DNA of 64,000 nt, taken from NCBI GenBank assembly GCA_963828805.1, contig CAWHGS010000043.1:585-64584 (forward strand), in the 5' to 3' direction. Position 1 is the first letter of the stretch; each line of letters starts with the position of its first letter. Of this stretch, positions 28,881 through 40,231 are shown in pieces. The notes under the pieces were generated by a model that worked only from the letters and a program-made list of their open reading frames with translations, made no database searches and had not been told where the DNA came from. This DNA is from an uncultured delta proteobacterium. Lineage in GTDB: Bacteria; Desulfobacterota; BSN033; UBA1163. The translations under genes were made by a program, and so were the position numbers.

Positions 28881-30392
28881 TCTCAGCACCTCTTCCAGTT
28901 TCCGAATCGACTTCCTTGTGGCCACCCATCTCCAGATACTCTTCAAGCCGCATCGTGTATTCGAGAGGGAACAACGGGCGCAGGTGTGGGAACATAGGTG
29001 AAGGCCCTGACCATCACCTTCTCCACATCGACGAGAAAGGTGATTCCGCCTCCGGGCAGGACATACGACAGGCGCGCCACCCACGGTCAGTTTTGCGCGG
29101 TTCGAATGGATCGCATGGTTGAGCTTGACAGGAATCTTCGTCACCCCGGCCCTTGCGCTCCCGCCCGCCCCTCCAATAAACAGGGCTGAAACCCTTGAGG
29201 GCTGGCAGTTGGAAGCAATCATCTCCACAGCCATCTTCGCCTTGGGCGTCAACTCGATGGGAACGAATTTTCCATCCCCTCCCAATCGAAACATGGCCGC
29301 CCTTTCTGCGGTCGTCTCTGTGATGAGGACCGTCATCCCAGGCTTCGCGATATCTGGATCAAACCTTCGATGATGTCGATGGGATCTTCAATGGGGGTCC
29401 CTCCCCAACCGTGACCGTGTTCACCAAAGTATCGACCAGGGGTCGAACGTCTTGCCCTCAACCGAATCCCGCTGTATCTCGCGCCCAATTCTCTTCCTGC
29501 CAGCATGTTCCGTAAACTGACCGATCAGATGGGCATCAATAACGATCACTTCATCTGCCGCATCCAGAAAATACCTGCCGAAAAGGCCCATGGAGGCGCT
29601 CCCGCAACCGACCCTCATCCGCTTTCCGATTTCACCATCAATCAAGAGGAGCCTTCCCCACCTGCAGGACCATCTCCGCTCCGTCCTTGACTTTCAGTTT
29701 AACCTCTTTCCGGTTGGCAATATCGACAATGAGCCTTGCTACGGCGAGCCCATCCTTCCCGGTCAGGAGATTGACGCCACCCAAAGAAAGAATCTTCGAT
29801 CCGTATTCCTCCGTGCAGAGATGCCCCACCTTCCTCTTCCCGATGAGGACAGGCGCCCCCTCTTCTCCCACATGCTTATCGGTGTCGATCTTGACCTTAA
29901 TTCCGCTGTAGCTCAGAGGAGCCTCCGTCACGACGGTAACAACATCGATCCCATCCAATTTCGACTGAACAATATAAGGGGCGGGTTTCGTGTCCGGGTA
30001 CGTTGTCCCTGCTCCAATCCCTGTGATCAGCGGTTTCTGAATCACCTCCTTCATGAATCGCGACCCACGATCTCTTTGACGTCCTCGTAACGTTGAAGAG
30101 GAATGTTGCGAACCAAGTTCCATCCCGGTTGACAAACCGCTGGCAGGCCCCTGTGTTTCCGGCTCTGATATAACAGGAGATGGGACAGGACAGACACGTG
30201 ACGCCCCCCTCTCTCTGTTCCGGCCCAGGCTGAATGGCCTCCTTTGGACAAACCTTTGTGCAGGCCTTGCAATCGACACAGAGATCGGAGATGGAGGCCT
30301 TCTTCTTTTCGGGAACCATGGAAACAGCCCCCACAGGACAGGCCTCCCGGCACAGATCCACATCCGATACAGGTTTCCCAGTCAACAATCAT
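28880..30392 (-). pseudogene. 6-hydroxynicotinate reductase-like protein with N-terminal 2x[4Fe-4S] ferredoxin domain, interrupted; 3' boundary approximate
   Basis: Sequence MIVDWETCIGCGS/CREACPVGAV...CVDCKACTKVCPKEAI, then ...ITGIGAGTTYPD...RMRVGCGSASMGLFG...FIGGAGGSARAGVT.... The gene is spread over at least 4 frames. The family call is from memory of the Eubacterium barkeri Hnr-type proteins. Confidence 0.5.
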
Positions 30393-30398
30393 GGCTGA

Positions 30399-30520
30399 AA
30401 CCCTCAGGGTTCAGGTCAGGGTTCGAGGGTTCGTGAGGTTAAGAGCTGCTGCAGAAACACATTTCCCTGTAATTGCTGACATGAACCACTTGCCACCTGA
30501 ACCCTTGACTCCTTGAACTC
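30399..30520. repeat. intergenic imperfect palindrome built from GGGTTC(A/G)AG-like words
   Basis: The left arm is AACCCTCAGGGTTCAGGTCAGGGTTCGAGGGTTCGTGAGG. The right arm is CCACCTGAACCCTTGACTCCTTGAACTC. GGGTTCAGGT (30407-30416) is perfectly complementary to ACCTGAACCC (30495-30504). Confidence 0.5.
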
Positions 30521-30533
30521 TTCTGCCTACTGC

Positions 30534-31703
30534 TTACTGTTTACTGCTCACTATTTTCCGGTTGGGCGGTGGCGTATTTCGGCTGATTCCGGCCTTCATC
30601 TGACCATCGATGATGCACTCCTGCAATCCCCGGAATGTCCCCGACTTCAATGGCTGAGAGGGCATCCTTGCCAACGGATCCCATGGGGGCATCCATGATG
30701 ACAAGATCCGCCTCTTTTCCGGCGGCGATCACGCCCCGATTCAGTTTGTAGACCTTCGCCGTATTGCCGGTAGCCATGGCAATCGCCTCTTCTGCCTTCA
30801 CGTCGCAAAAGGAGGCCAGGAAATTGATCACCCGGAGGATTCCCAGGGGAATCACTCCTGTTCCGGAAGGAGCATCATTTCCAATGATGATCCGGTGATA
30901 GGCCTTGATCTCTTTCACCAGCTTCATCACTTCGTAGATCATCTTCATGTTGCCGCAGTGGACAATCTCGATGATCAGGGAGGTGTGCCGAACCAGCTTC
31001 TCTGCCTCGGCAAGGGAGATAGCCGTTGTCCCGCCGTTAATATGGGAGACGACATCCGGATCAATGGCAATCACATCTGCAGCGGGAACCGTTGAGCTCC
31101 CGGGAATGGAAGTTCCTCCGGTATGCATCATCACGACCATCCCGTATTTCTTTGCCCACTTGACCATGGGAGCGGCATCCTTCGGGCTCTTCACCGCCCC
31201 GAGCCCAATCTCTCCCACCACACGGACGCCCTCTTTCGCAAGCTCTTCAAAATCCTTTTCCTGAAGACCGGGCTCAAGGATCAGACCTCCGCCCAGCACC
31301 TTCACCCCTGCCGGTCTTGCATTGGCAAACGATTTGGCTGCAAGAATCGCCAATGCCTTTGTCCCTGCCACATCTTTTGGCCTGCCGGCCAGATGGACCT
31401 CCCCTGCCGAGATGAGGGTTGTGACCCCGCCGTGAAGGGAAGATTCGATGAAGTCAAGCATTTTCTGCCTGGGGGTAAAATCACCGAGAACGGGATGGCA
31501 GTGGGAATCGATCAGACCAGGAGTGACCGTCATCCCTTGAACATCGATGACCTGATCCACTCCCTTGCGTGTCGAGATCTTTCTCTTTGCCAAGGCCTTG
31601 AATCAATCCTCCTTCGACGATAAGGGCGTCTGCCATTCAAGAGGGGATTGGAAATGTCCCCTGAAACCAAAGTACCGATGTTCTTAATCATCAGCTTTCC
31701 CAT
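30534..31703 (-). pseudogene. enamidase-like amidohydrolase (metal-dependent hydrolase superfamily), frame-shifted at both ends
   Basis: The core 350-aa ORF 30541-31593 carries PGLIDSHCHP. My translation finds the true N-terminus MGKLMIKNIGTLVSGD... from 31703 (AAGGAGG RBS). The true C-terminus ...GVIIDGQMKAGISRNTPPPNRKIVSSKQ* ends at 30534. Confidence 0.6.
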
Positions 31704-31881
31704 ATCTATCCTCCTTCATAAAAATCGTCAGAGCGCATGGAGCCGCTGGCTTCAGCCTGCCTATCTTTTTGAGCAACTGCCCACTGGACAGCGCAACCTT
31801 AAGATTGCGGCTTCCAGGGGCCTATTGCCTTCTGCTCTATGCACTTTCGCTTTGTTCCTGTTGACCGCTTCCAGCACCCTC

Positions 31882-34091
31882 TCAAGATTCGCAGGAAGAT
31901 CGATAGATTCGCTGCCCGATGGCATCGGCAATCGCATTCAGAATGGCAGGGGCAGTCGGAATCAGGGCCGGTTCTCCCACGCCCTTGGCTCCAAAGGGAC
32001 CGGTCGGTTCCTCGTCCTCAACCAGGATTGGGATCACTTCCGGAATGTCCTTCGAGGTGGGAATGAGGTAGTTGACGAAAGAGGATGTCTCTTCTGGAAC
32101 GAATTCCTCCATCAGGGCAAATCCCAACCCCATCGCGACACCACCCGTGATCTGCCCTCTCACATTCTTCGGATGAATCGCCTTTCCAACATCATGGCAT
32201 GCAACGATCCGGTTGACCTTGACCCTTCCCGTCTCTGTATCGACCTCCACCTCTGCCAGGTGGGTGGCAAAGGCATAGGTCGCATAAGGAATGCCCTGAC
32301 CTGTTTTGGGATCGAGTTTGGTCGTCTCCGGATCAAAAAAACCTTCTCCCCTCAGCAATTTCCCGGATCTTCTTGCCACCTCCTGCATTGAGATACGAAT
32401 GCCGCGAGGATCCGATTTCGACCGAATATGCCATCTTCCAGGAGCAGTTCTTTTTCGGGAATACCCAGCATCAGGCCTGCCTCTTTTAAGGCCTCCTGTT
32501 TCAGGTTTTTGATCGCATTGAGGATCGCATTGCCGGAGATGTAGGTCTGCCGGCTTGCTGAGGAGGCGCCTGCATCGGTCGTCATGGCCGTGTCGGCCCG
32601 AATCAAACGGATCTCTTTTAAATCCACTCCCAGGGCCTCAGACGCAATCTGAAGGAGGACGGTATCCGATCCCTGACCGATGTCTGCTGCTCCGGTCAGA
32701 AGCCGAATTTCTCCATTGGGATGGATCTCCATCTGTGCCGTGGAGGGATTGGCAACCCCCGTATTCCCAATCCCGTACCACATGGAACCGACACCGACTC
32801 CTCTTCTTGATATAAGGCCTTTTCGGGTCCTCCCTGGAGAAGACCTGCTGATCCCTCCACTCTTTCACTTTGCGAAGGGTTTCCCCAATCCCGACACTTG
32901 CCGTGAGCGTCTGCCCTGTGGCTGTTTCAGCGCCGACCTGAAAGGCATTCTTCAGCCGAATCTCGATCGGGTCCATCTTCAGACCCCGGGCAAGGAGGTC
33001 CATCTGCGACTCGTGGGCAAAGGCCATTTGAGGCACGCCAAACCCCCGCATCGCTCCGCTCCAGGGGTTGTTGGTATAGACCATCTGGCTCCTCGACCTT
33101 GACATTGGGAACCTAGTAGGGCCCTGTGGCATGGACAGCCGAACGGATGCAGACAGCAACCCCGTAGGAGGCATAGGCCCCCGAATCACCGAGAATATCC
33201 ACTTCGACGGCGGTCAATGTTCCGTCTTTCTTCGCGCCGCTCTTGTATCGGATCTTCAGGGGATGGCGCTTGGAAGTTCCCTGAAAGACCTCTTCACGGG
33301 AATAGACGATCCTGACCGGCTTTTTGAGATGGTAGACGGCCAGGGCCAAGAAAACAGTGAACCGTAATGTCCAGTCTTCCTCCAAACCCACCACCGGTGG
33401 CGCTCTGGATGATCCGGACCTTTTCCAAGGGCAAACCCAGCGTCGAAGCCACGTCCTTCTGATCGTAATGGATGTTTTGAGTCGGACAGACGACGGTGAC
33501 CCTTCCCTCTTCATCCAGGTAAGCGATCCCGGCATCCGGCTCTAAATAGGCATGCTCAACCCATGTGGTGGTATAGGTCTCTTCTGCGATGAAGTCCGCT
33601 TCTTTAAATCCTGCCTGGACATCCCCCTTGATCACATGAAATTCGAGAAGCAGGTTTCCCTTTTCATGGATGGAGGGAGCATAGGGTTTGAGGGCCTCTT
33701 CCGGGCTTGAAATAAACGGGAAGGTCTTCATAAGTGATCGACCACTCGTCTGGCTGCCTCTTCTGCGGCCTCAGCCGACCTCGCAGCAACCAGTGCCACC
33801 GGGTCACCGATATATCTCACCCGGTCGGAGGCTAAGACGGGTTGATCCTTTGTTAATGATTCCGATCAGATTTTTCCCGGGAATGTCTCTTGCAGTAAAG
33901 ATCCTCTCCACCCCTGGAACCTTGAGGGCTTCATCGATCTGGATGCTTACAATCCTGGCGTGGGGCTTTTCACTCCGGACCACTTTCAGATGAAGAGGAT
34001 CCTCGATCGATTGATCGGCTCCATACCTGGCAGAACCCAGAACCTTTTCCAGGACATCGACCTTCGGGATGTCAATTCCCACCTGTTTCAT
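31882..34091 (-). pseudogene. xanthine dehydrogenase-family molybdopterin-binding large subunit, heavily interrupted
   Basis: The N-terminus is MKQVGIDIPKVDVLEKVLGSARYGADQ at 34091. Successive collinear fragments are 33294-33731, 33113-33535, 32638-33189, 32352-32783 and 31882-32388 (...GAKGVGEPALIPTAPAILNAIADAIG). The real stop may lie further down, at about 31761. Confidence 0.8.
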
Positions 34092-34956
34092 ATTGAATCT
34101 TCCACGGCCTTTCTTGACTGCCCTGATGAAGAGTGCCTCGACGACAGGTTTCTTATAAGAGGTCGAAGGCCTTATTCCGCTCGGGCGAATCATCGTCTCA
34201 GAAACCTGATGAGCCGCCAGTTGCAGCCCTTCTTCATCAGGCGCTTTTCCCTTCAAAAGCGCCTCGGCTTCCGACATTCTCTGCGGGGTCGGTGTGATGG
34301 ATCCCACAGAGATGCGGATATCTTCGATGCGGCCTCTTTCCATTTGGAGAACGACGGCCACACTCATCCTCGCAATGGCCATAGCCTCTCTCCTTGCCAG
34401 CCGGATGAAACTGCTCTTGGCTGCAGACGGAAGCTTCGGAAATTTCACCTGGGCAAGGATTTCGTGAGGTTTCAGGATGGTCTCGTAGGGACCCTTGAAG
34501 AGCTGATCTAAAGGGACCTCCTTCTCTCCCTCTCATGGAAAGGATCCTTCCTACGGCATTCAACACCATTAAAGGAGGAACCGTATCAGCCGCAGGAGAG
34601 GCATTGACAATATTCCCCCCAAGGGTTCCAAGATTCCGGATCTGGGGAGAGCCAATCCAGGAGGCAGCCTCTGACAGGACCTCTCCGTATCTTCTGATGA
34701 TGGGAGATGAAGCGATCTCGGAATGGGTCACTCCGGCTCCGATTGAGATTCTTCCATCTCTCTTCATCGATTCTCCGGAGCGTCTTCGATTCTTGTAATG
34801 TCGATGAGACACCGGGGTCTCAGGTCCCCGCTTCGAAGGCCAATGACGAGATCGGTCCCTCCGGCGATGATCTTCGCCTCTCGCGGAAACTCCCATAAGA
34901 GGTCACAGGCCTCTTCAAGGGTCTTTGGAATTCTGATAGTCAAAAGAAGGAATCAT
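34092..34956 (-). pseudogene. xanthine dehydrogenase-family FAD-binding medium subunit (CoxM-like), interrupted
   Basis: My translation from 34956 gives MIPSFDYQ...EEACDLLWEFPREAKIIAGGTDLVIGLRSGD. Later comes GSPQIRNLGTLGGNIVNASPAADTVPPLMVLNA (34237-34896 frame). Confidence 0.75.
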
Positions 34957-35037
34957 GGTCTTCGCGCTTAAGTCAAATGCTAAAGGACGCTTCGATTGAG
35001 GCAAATCCACATCCTCTAATTGACTCTATGCCCGATT

Positions 35038-35524
35038 TCAAAGCCTCTTGACCTCTACCGTGTTCTTGATACGTGCTTCAATCGCCTCGATAATTTGATG
35101 GTATCCGGTGCAACGGCAGAGGTGTCCTGAGATGGCCTCCTTCACCTCTTCCCTCGTTGGATGAGGTTTGTTTTCCAGAAGCGCCTTTGAAGACATCAGG
35201 ATCCCCGGAGTGCAAAAACCGCACTGGACGGCTCCGTGGTCAATGAAGGATTGCTGCAATGGATGGAGCGACTCCCGACTTCCAAGACCTTCAATGGTCT
35301 GGACCTCTCTCCCTTCGACCTTGGGAGCCAGGAGCAGACAGGAATGGACAGGCGCTCCATCCAATAAGAACCGTACAGGCCCCGCATTCACCGATCCCGC
35401 ACCCCTCCTTGGTTCCGGTTAGGCCCCAGCTTCTCCCGAAGGAGCCGAAGCAGGGTCCAGTGAGGAGGCACCGACACCTCACACGGACTTGCCATTCAGC
35501 TTAAATTTGATCTGTCTGTTCCAT
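35038..35524 (-). pseudogene. xanthine dehydrogenase-family [2Fe-2S] small subunit, interrupted
   Basis: First cluster motif GCGIGECGACTV in the frame of 35291-35482. Second cluster motif QCGFCTPG...CRCTGY in 35038-35391. Confidence 0.8.
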
Positions 35525-35651
35525 AGATCAATCTGACTGGGCTTGAGGCATAAGGCTTGAGGCCACGCTTAACGCTTAAGGCTAAATCTTCTAAACCTTT
35601 TATCATTATGATTTTGCCTATTGCCTCTACCCTCTAACCTAACGCGTTTTC

Positions 35652-37164
35652 TTACTTTTTATATTTCATGGCAAAACCATCATCCAGAGTCTTGTCCAAC
35701 CCTTTGAACGAAGAATGCCACCGGCTGATGACCACCTTCTTGTCCGTATAGAAATCGATGGCCTCATTGGCACGGCCCCGGATATCCCCGAACATGGAGA
35801 TCTTCTTGCCTCCCACGGGGAAATAGGCAATCGGTGCCGGCGTCCCGATGTTGATCCCGACCTGGCCCACCTCCACCCGACGGGCAAATTCACGCGCCCA
35901 TCCGCCATTTTCCGTATAGAGATTGGCCGTGTGGCCGTAAGGACTTCGGTTGATGATCTCAACCCCTTCGGCCAGATCTCTCACTTTCTTGAAACAGCGA
36001 ACCGGACCAAACACCTCTTCCTGGAAGATGTGCATCTCAGGCTCTGCCTCGAAAACGGTAGGCCCGATAAAATAACCCTTGGGATATTTCTCCACCTTGG
36101 GATTTCGACCATCGAGGATCAGCCTGGCTCCATCCTTGATCGCCCGATCCACCTCTTTCAACATGCCGTTTAATGCGTCCCTTGAGATGACAGGCCCCAG
36201 GGTAACCCCTTTGTCCATGCCATAGCCCAGGACCAGTTTTTTCGAGAGTTCGATAAATTTTTCCTTTGCCTTTTCATAGAGCTTCTCCACAACCAGGACA
36301 TTGGAAACCGCAAAACATCGCTCGCCCACATGGCCAAAACAGGAATCGACGACATTCTGCATCACCTCATCGATCACGGCATCCTCGGCAATCAGGACAT
36401 GGTTCTTCGCTCCACCCTGGCACTGGGCCCTCTTGTTGTGGTTGATCGCTGTCTTGTAGACATGCTCTCCCACCCTTGAGGAACCCACAAAGGTCACCCC
36501 CACGGTCCCGGGATGGGTGACCAGGGCATCGCCCACACCGCTGCCGGAACCCTGGAGAAGGTTGACCACTCCCTTCGGGAAATCGACCTCCTCGCCAATT
36601 TCAATGATCCGGGTGATGGTCATGGGACAGAGACGGCTTGCCTTGATGATGGCCGTGTTGCCGGCAGCAAGGGCCCAGACATAATAGAGGGCGATCATGG
36701 CCGGAAAATTGAAGGGAGGAAGAAAGACAAAAGGTCCGAGGGGCTCCCGGATATACAGGGTGTCAACGCCCGTCCCCACGTCCTCTGCGTGGCTCCCTTT
36801 CATCAGCTCCGGCCCTGCGCAGGCATGCTCGACATATTCCATGGCCCGGGTGATTTCTCCCCTTGCATCGGCCAGGGTCTTTCCGTTTTCGTTCACGATC
36901 AGTTCAGCAATCTCGGGGATATGCTTCTGAAGCTTCTCATGAAAATCGAAAAGAAGCTTTGCGCGCCGTGGCGGCGGAGTCGTCCTCCAGTTCCAGAACG
37001 CATCCTGGGCGGCCTTCACGGTCTGATCGATCTCTTCTGGCCGTGGACTCCGGGCACTGGGCAATCACCTCATCTGTTGCCGGATTCTTTACCTCCAACC
37101 ACTTCGCTGTCTTTGATTCCACCCACTGCCCATTGATGTAGTTCTTTAATCTCTTGACTTCCAT
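35652..37164 (-). pseudogene. mmsA: CoA-acylating methylmalonate-semialdehyde dehydrogenase family aldehyde dehydrogenase, one frame shift near the N-terminus
   Basis: The N-terminus is [19 protein letters not shown] (36937-37164). The body is in 35652-37064, with catalytic GERCFAVS and the MmsA-type C-terminus. An apparent extra A lies near 37047. Confidence 0.8.
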
Positions 37165-37195
37165 AACCGATCCTTTCTGATGATTGATTTATTCA

Positions 37196-38512
37196 CTACC
37201 GCCCCATCATGGAGGGGAGGAAGAGGCAGATCTTCGGGAAAATTGTAATGATAATTGTAACGGCAACCATGGCGATGAGAAAGGGAATCGCCCCCTTGAA
37301 GATCTCTGCCATGGGAACATCCTTGGCCACTCCGGCCAGCGGTATAGACATTGAGTCCCACAGGCGGTGTAATCAATCCTGCCTCCATCATGATCACACA
37401 GATCACACCAAACCAGATGGGGTCAAAGTTGAGGGCCTTAATCAACGGGGAAAATGACAGGCATGGTCAGGACCATCATCGATATGGCATCTAAAAAACA
37501 GCCAAGGATCAAATAAATGACGATAATGATGGCCAAAGGACGACATATCGGGAGACCTCGAGACTGGCCATCCAGGCGGAGACCACCGTCGGGATGGTCG
37601 AAAGGGCGAGAAAATAGCTGAAGACATTGGCCCCTGCCACAAGGAAAAGGACAAGCACGGAAATTCGAACCGCCTCAAGAAGGGAAGCCGTAAGATTCTT
37701 TAAGGTCAGTCTTCTTTTTAACAAGGCCATGACGAAAAGGGCCGTGGCTCCGATGGCGCCGGCCTCGGTGGGGTTGATAAACCCCAAGTAGATTCCTCCC
37801 ATGACCAGGAAAAAGACGAGCAAGGTCTCCCACACCCCTGAGAAGGCCAGTAGCTTCTCCTTCCAGCTCACCTCACCGGGAGTGGCTGGAGCCAGACTCG
37901 GATCCATTTTCACTTCAGACCACAATGATGACAATGAAGGCCAGCGGAGAGAAGAATCCCGGGAAGAATGCCTGAAATCAAAAGCTTTCCGATGGATTGC
38001 TCCGTGAGCATTCCGTAGACCACAAATCCAAGGCTGGGCGGGATGAGAAAGCTGAGGGTTCCGCCTGCAGCAACGATTCCTGTGGCAAGTTTCGGCGCAT
38101 AATTGAACCGCCTCATCTCGGGAATGGCAATCGTTCCCATGGCTGCGGCCGCCGCAACAGAGGAACCGCTCAATGGCTGCAAAACAGGCACAGGCCGCAA
38201 TGGTCGCAATCCCCAAGCCTCCGGGCAGCTTCCTGAACCATTTGTCAAAGGATTGATAGAGTTCCCTGGTGATCCCCGCATTGCCCGCAAACCCCCCCAT
38301 CAGGATAAAAAGAGGAATGATGGTATAGGGATAATGGGCTGCCGTCTCATAAACCGTCTTAGCCACCACAGGCAAGTGCCGCATCGACAGAGGCCAGATA
38401 ACTGATTCCCAAAAACCCAACCAACATCATGACAAAGGCAATGGGCATCCCGAGGAACAATAAGAAAAACGAGCAGAGCGCTCCCCAGGATTCCGATGGT
38501 AATCGGGTTCAC
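37196..38512 (-). pseudogene. dctM: TRAP transporter large permease, heavily interrupted
   Basis: Starts MNPITIGILGSALLVFLIV. Many collinear hydrophobic fragments lie in alternating frames. My corrected end ...ITIFPKICLFLPSMMGR* is at 37196. Confidence 0.75.
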
Positions 38513-39054
38513 TTTTCCCTCCCTGAAAGTTTTCCAATAGAATTGACCAGATCAAACAGAAGTTCGAGCCAGAGCAGGAAGCCTCCGATCGAAACGAGCA
38601 GTCTGAAAGGATACTGGGGGATTCTCAGCATGTCTGAAACCGTCTTTTCCCCGATGCCCTCCAAGAAACCCCTGCCAGATGACGATGGCAATAATGAAAA
38701 GGCTGAGCAGGGTGGTGAGGATCTCGCAGAAGGTTCGAACCCGTGGAGATAGCCTCGACGTGACAAAATCGAACCCCCACATGCCCCTTCACCTGCTGGG
38801 TATAGGCAGCACCCAGCAGGATGAAGACAGCGAGGATATACTCGGAAATCTCAAAGCGTTCCTGGAATGGTCTTGCTAAAAAAGTCTCGGCCCAGGATAT
38901 CCCCTGTGGTGAGCAGCATCAGCGGAATGAGGAGAGTCATCCCAACAACACTCACATACAAATTGAGCCGCTGAACCCCGTTCTGAATTTATCTCCACGC
39001 CAATTCTCTTCTCTCCGGACCGTTGTTCAAACCATCCCAATGCGGGCTCTCCAT
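38509..39054 (-). pseudogene. dctQ: TRAP transporter small permease, interrupted
   Basis: Its position between dctP and dctM supports the call. Hydrophobic fragments include LNLYVSVVGMTLLIPLMLLTTGDILGRDFF and ISEYILAVFILLGAAYTQQ. The ATG is at 39054. Confidence 0.6.
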
Positions 39055-39063
39055 TCGAATAGT

Positions 39064-40127
39064 CTATTTCCACTCCGGCGGGAAGGCAACTACTTTCACC
39101 CCTCGCTTCTCGCATTCCTCGTTATACGCCTTTACGACCTCTTTCGCCTTAAGCCCTTTACCCTCCAAATCGGTCACCCATTTCCTTGTCACATCTCTGA
39201 ACCTCTCATACCATCGCTCCGCTTCCTGGAAGGCAGGTTATAGAGTTCCACCTTCTTATCCGTGATCTCTTTCATCATTTTCTTGTAGACTTCCCGGTTC
39301 AATCCACCGGTGGTGTGGAACGGGTTGTGGCAGACTTCATCAATCATCGGTTTCAGGTCATCCGGAGTCTTCTTCCAGCTATTGTCGTTCATGATCACGC
39401 CCTCGGACACACAGCCGAAGGTCATGACCACGGCATGTTTGGCCACTTCATTGAGTTTAAAAGAGAGGATCAAGCGGCGGGCAGGTACAGATCCCATCGA
39501 TGGTTCCTGTCTCCATCGCCATATAGACATCGCCGAGCGGCATGAAGATCGGTTCCGCCCCAAGGGCCTTGAGGTAGTTGGTCTGGTGCCCCCCGGGAGT
39601 CCTGATCTTCATGCCCTTCACATCCTCCAGGGTTCTTCACAGGCTTTTTGGTCCAGATAAAGGCCTGGATGCACCCGTTCAGTTCGACCATCTTCACACC
39701 CTGGAACTCCTGATGCAGGACACGCTTGTACATGGCATTCCCGATTTCAGTTGCGATGTCCTTACCGTCCACCCAGGCGGCCAAGGAGAGGACATCCGTC
39801 AGGGGAAATCGACCGGGGTCCAGGTGGCCGTAAAGTACCCCATATCCGAAAGACCCTTTGCGACGATGTCATAATGCTCCGGGCCCTTGCCCAGGGCACC
39901 TCCGGAATACATGGTATAGGTAATTTTGTCCATTGCTCTTCTTCTTTCAATGTCTCCAGCATCGGTTCCCAGACGGTCTTGACCTCATAGCCCACGGGCA
40001 CGTGCCATGTGCTGAAGCGTATATTCGTCTGGCCGTAGGCCAACTGGGATCCGTTCAATCCTAAGCCCAAAACGACGAAAAGACTCATACAGGCCACTAA
40101 AATTGCTATTTTGATCCCTTTATCCAT
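39064..40127 (-). pseudogene. dctP: TRAP transporter solute-binding protein, interrupted
   Basis: Signal peptide MDKGIKIAILVACMSLFVV, then TNIRFSTWHVPVG. Multiple frame switches follow. My corrected end ...VVAFPPEWK* is at 39064. Confidence 0.7.
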
Positions 40128-40231
40128 TTTCTCCTCCTTTCCTTCTCTTTGAAATGACCTCTCGCGACATCAGAAACGCATCCATCAACAAACTCTAAGG
40201 TTTTCACCCCCCTTCTTCAATGGATCCTTCA

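Noticed and set aside
34050-34130. Apparent in-frame fusion of the FAD-binding medium subunit to the molybdopterin large subunit (...VKKGRGRFNMKQVG...)
   Set aside because: Shifting one base just upstream gives ...KKAVEDSI* with the stop overlapping the large-subunit ATG (ATGA coupling), which is the normal two-gene arrangement. The fusion is most likely another indel artefact.
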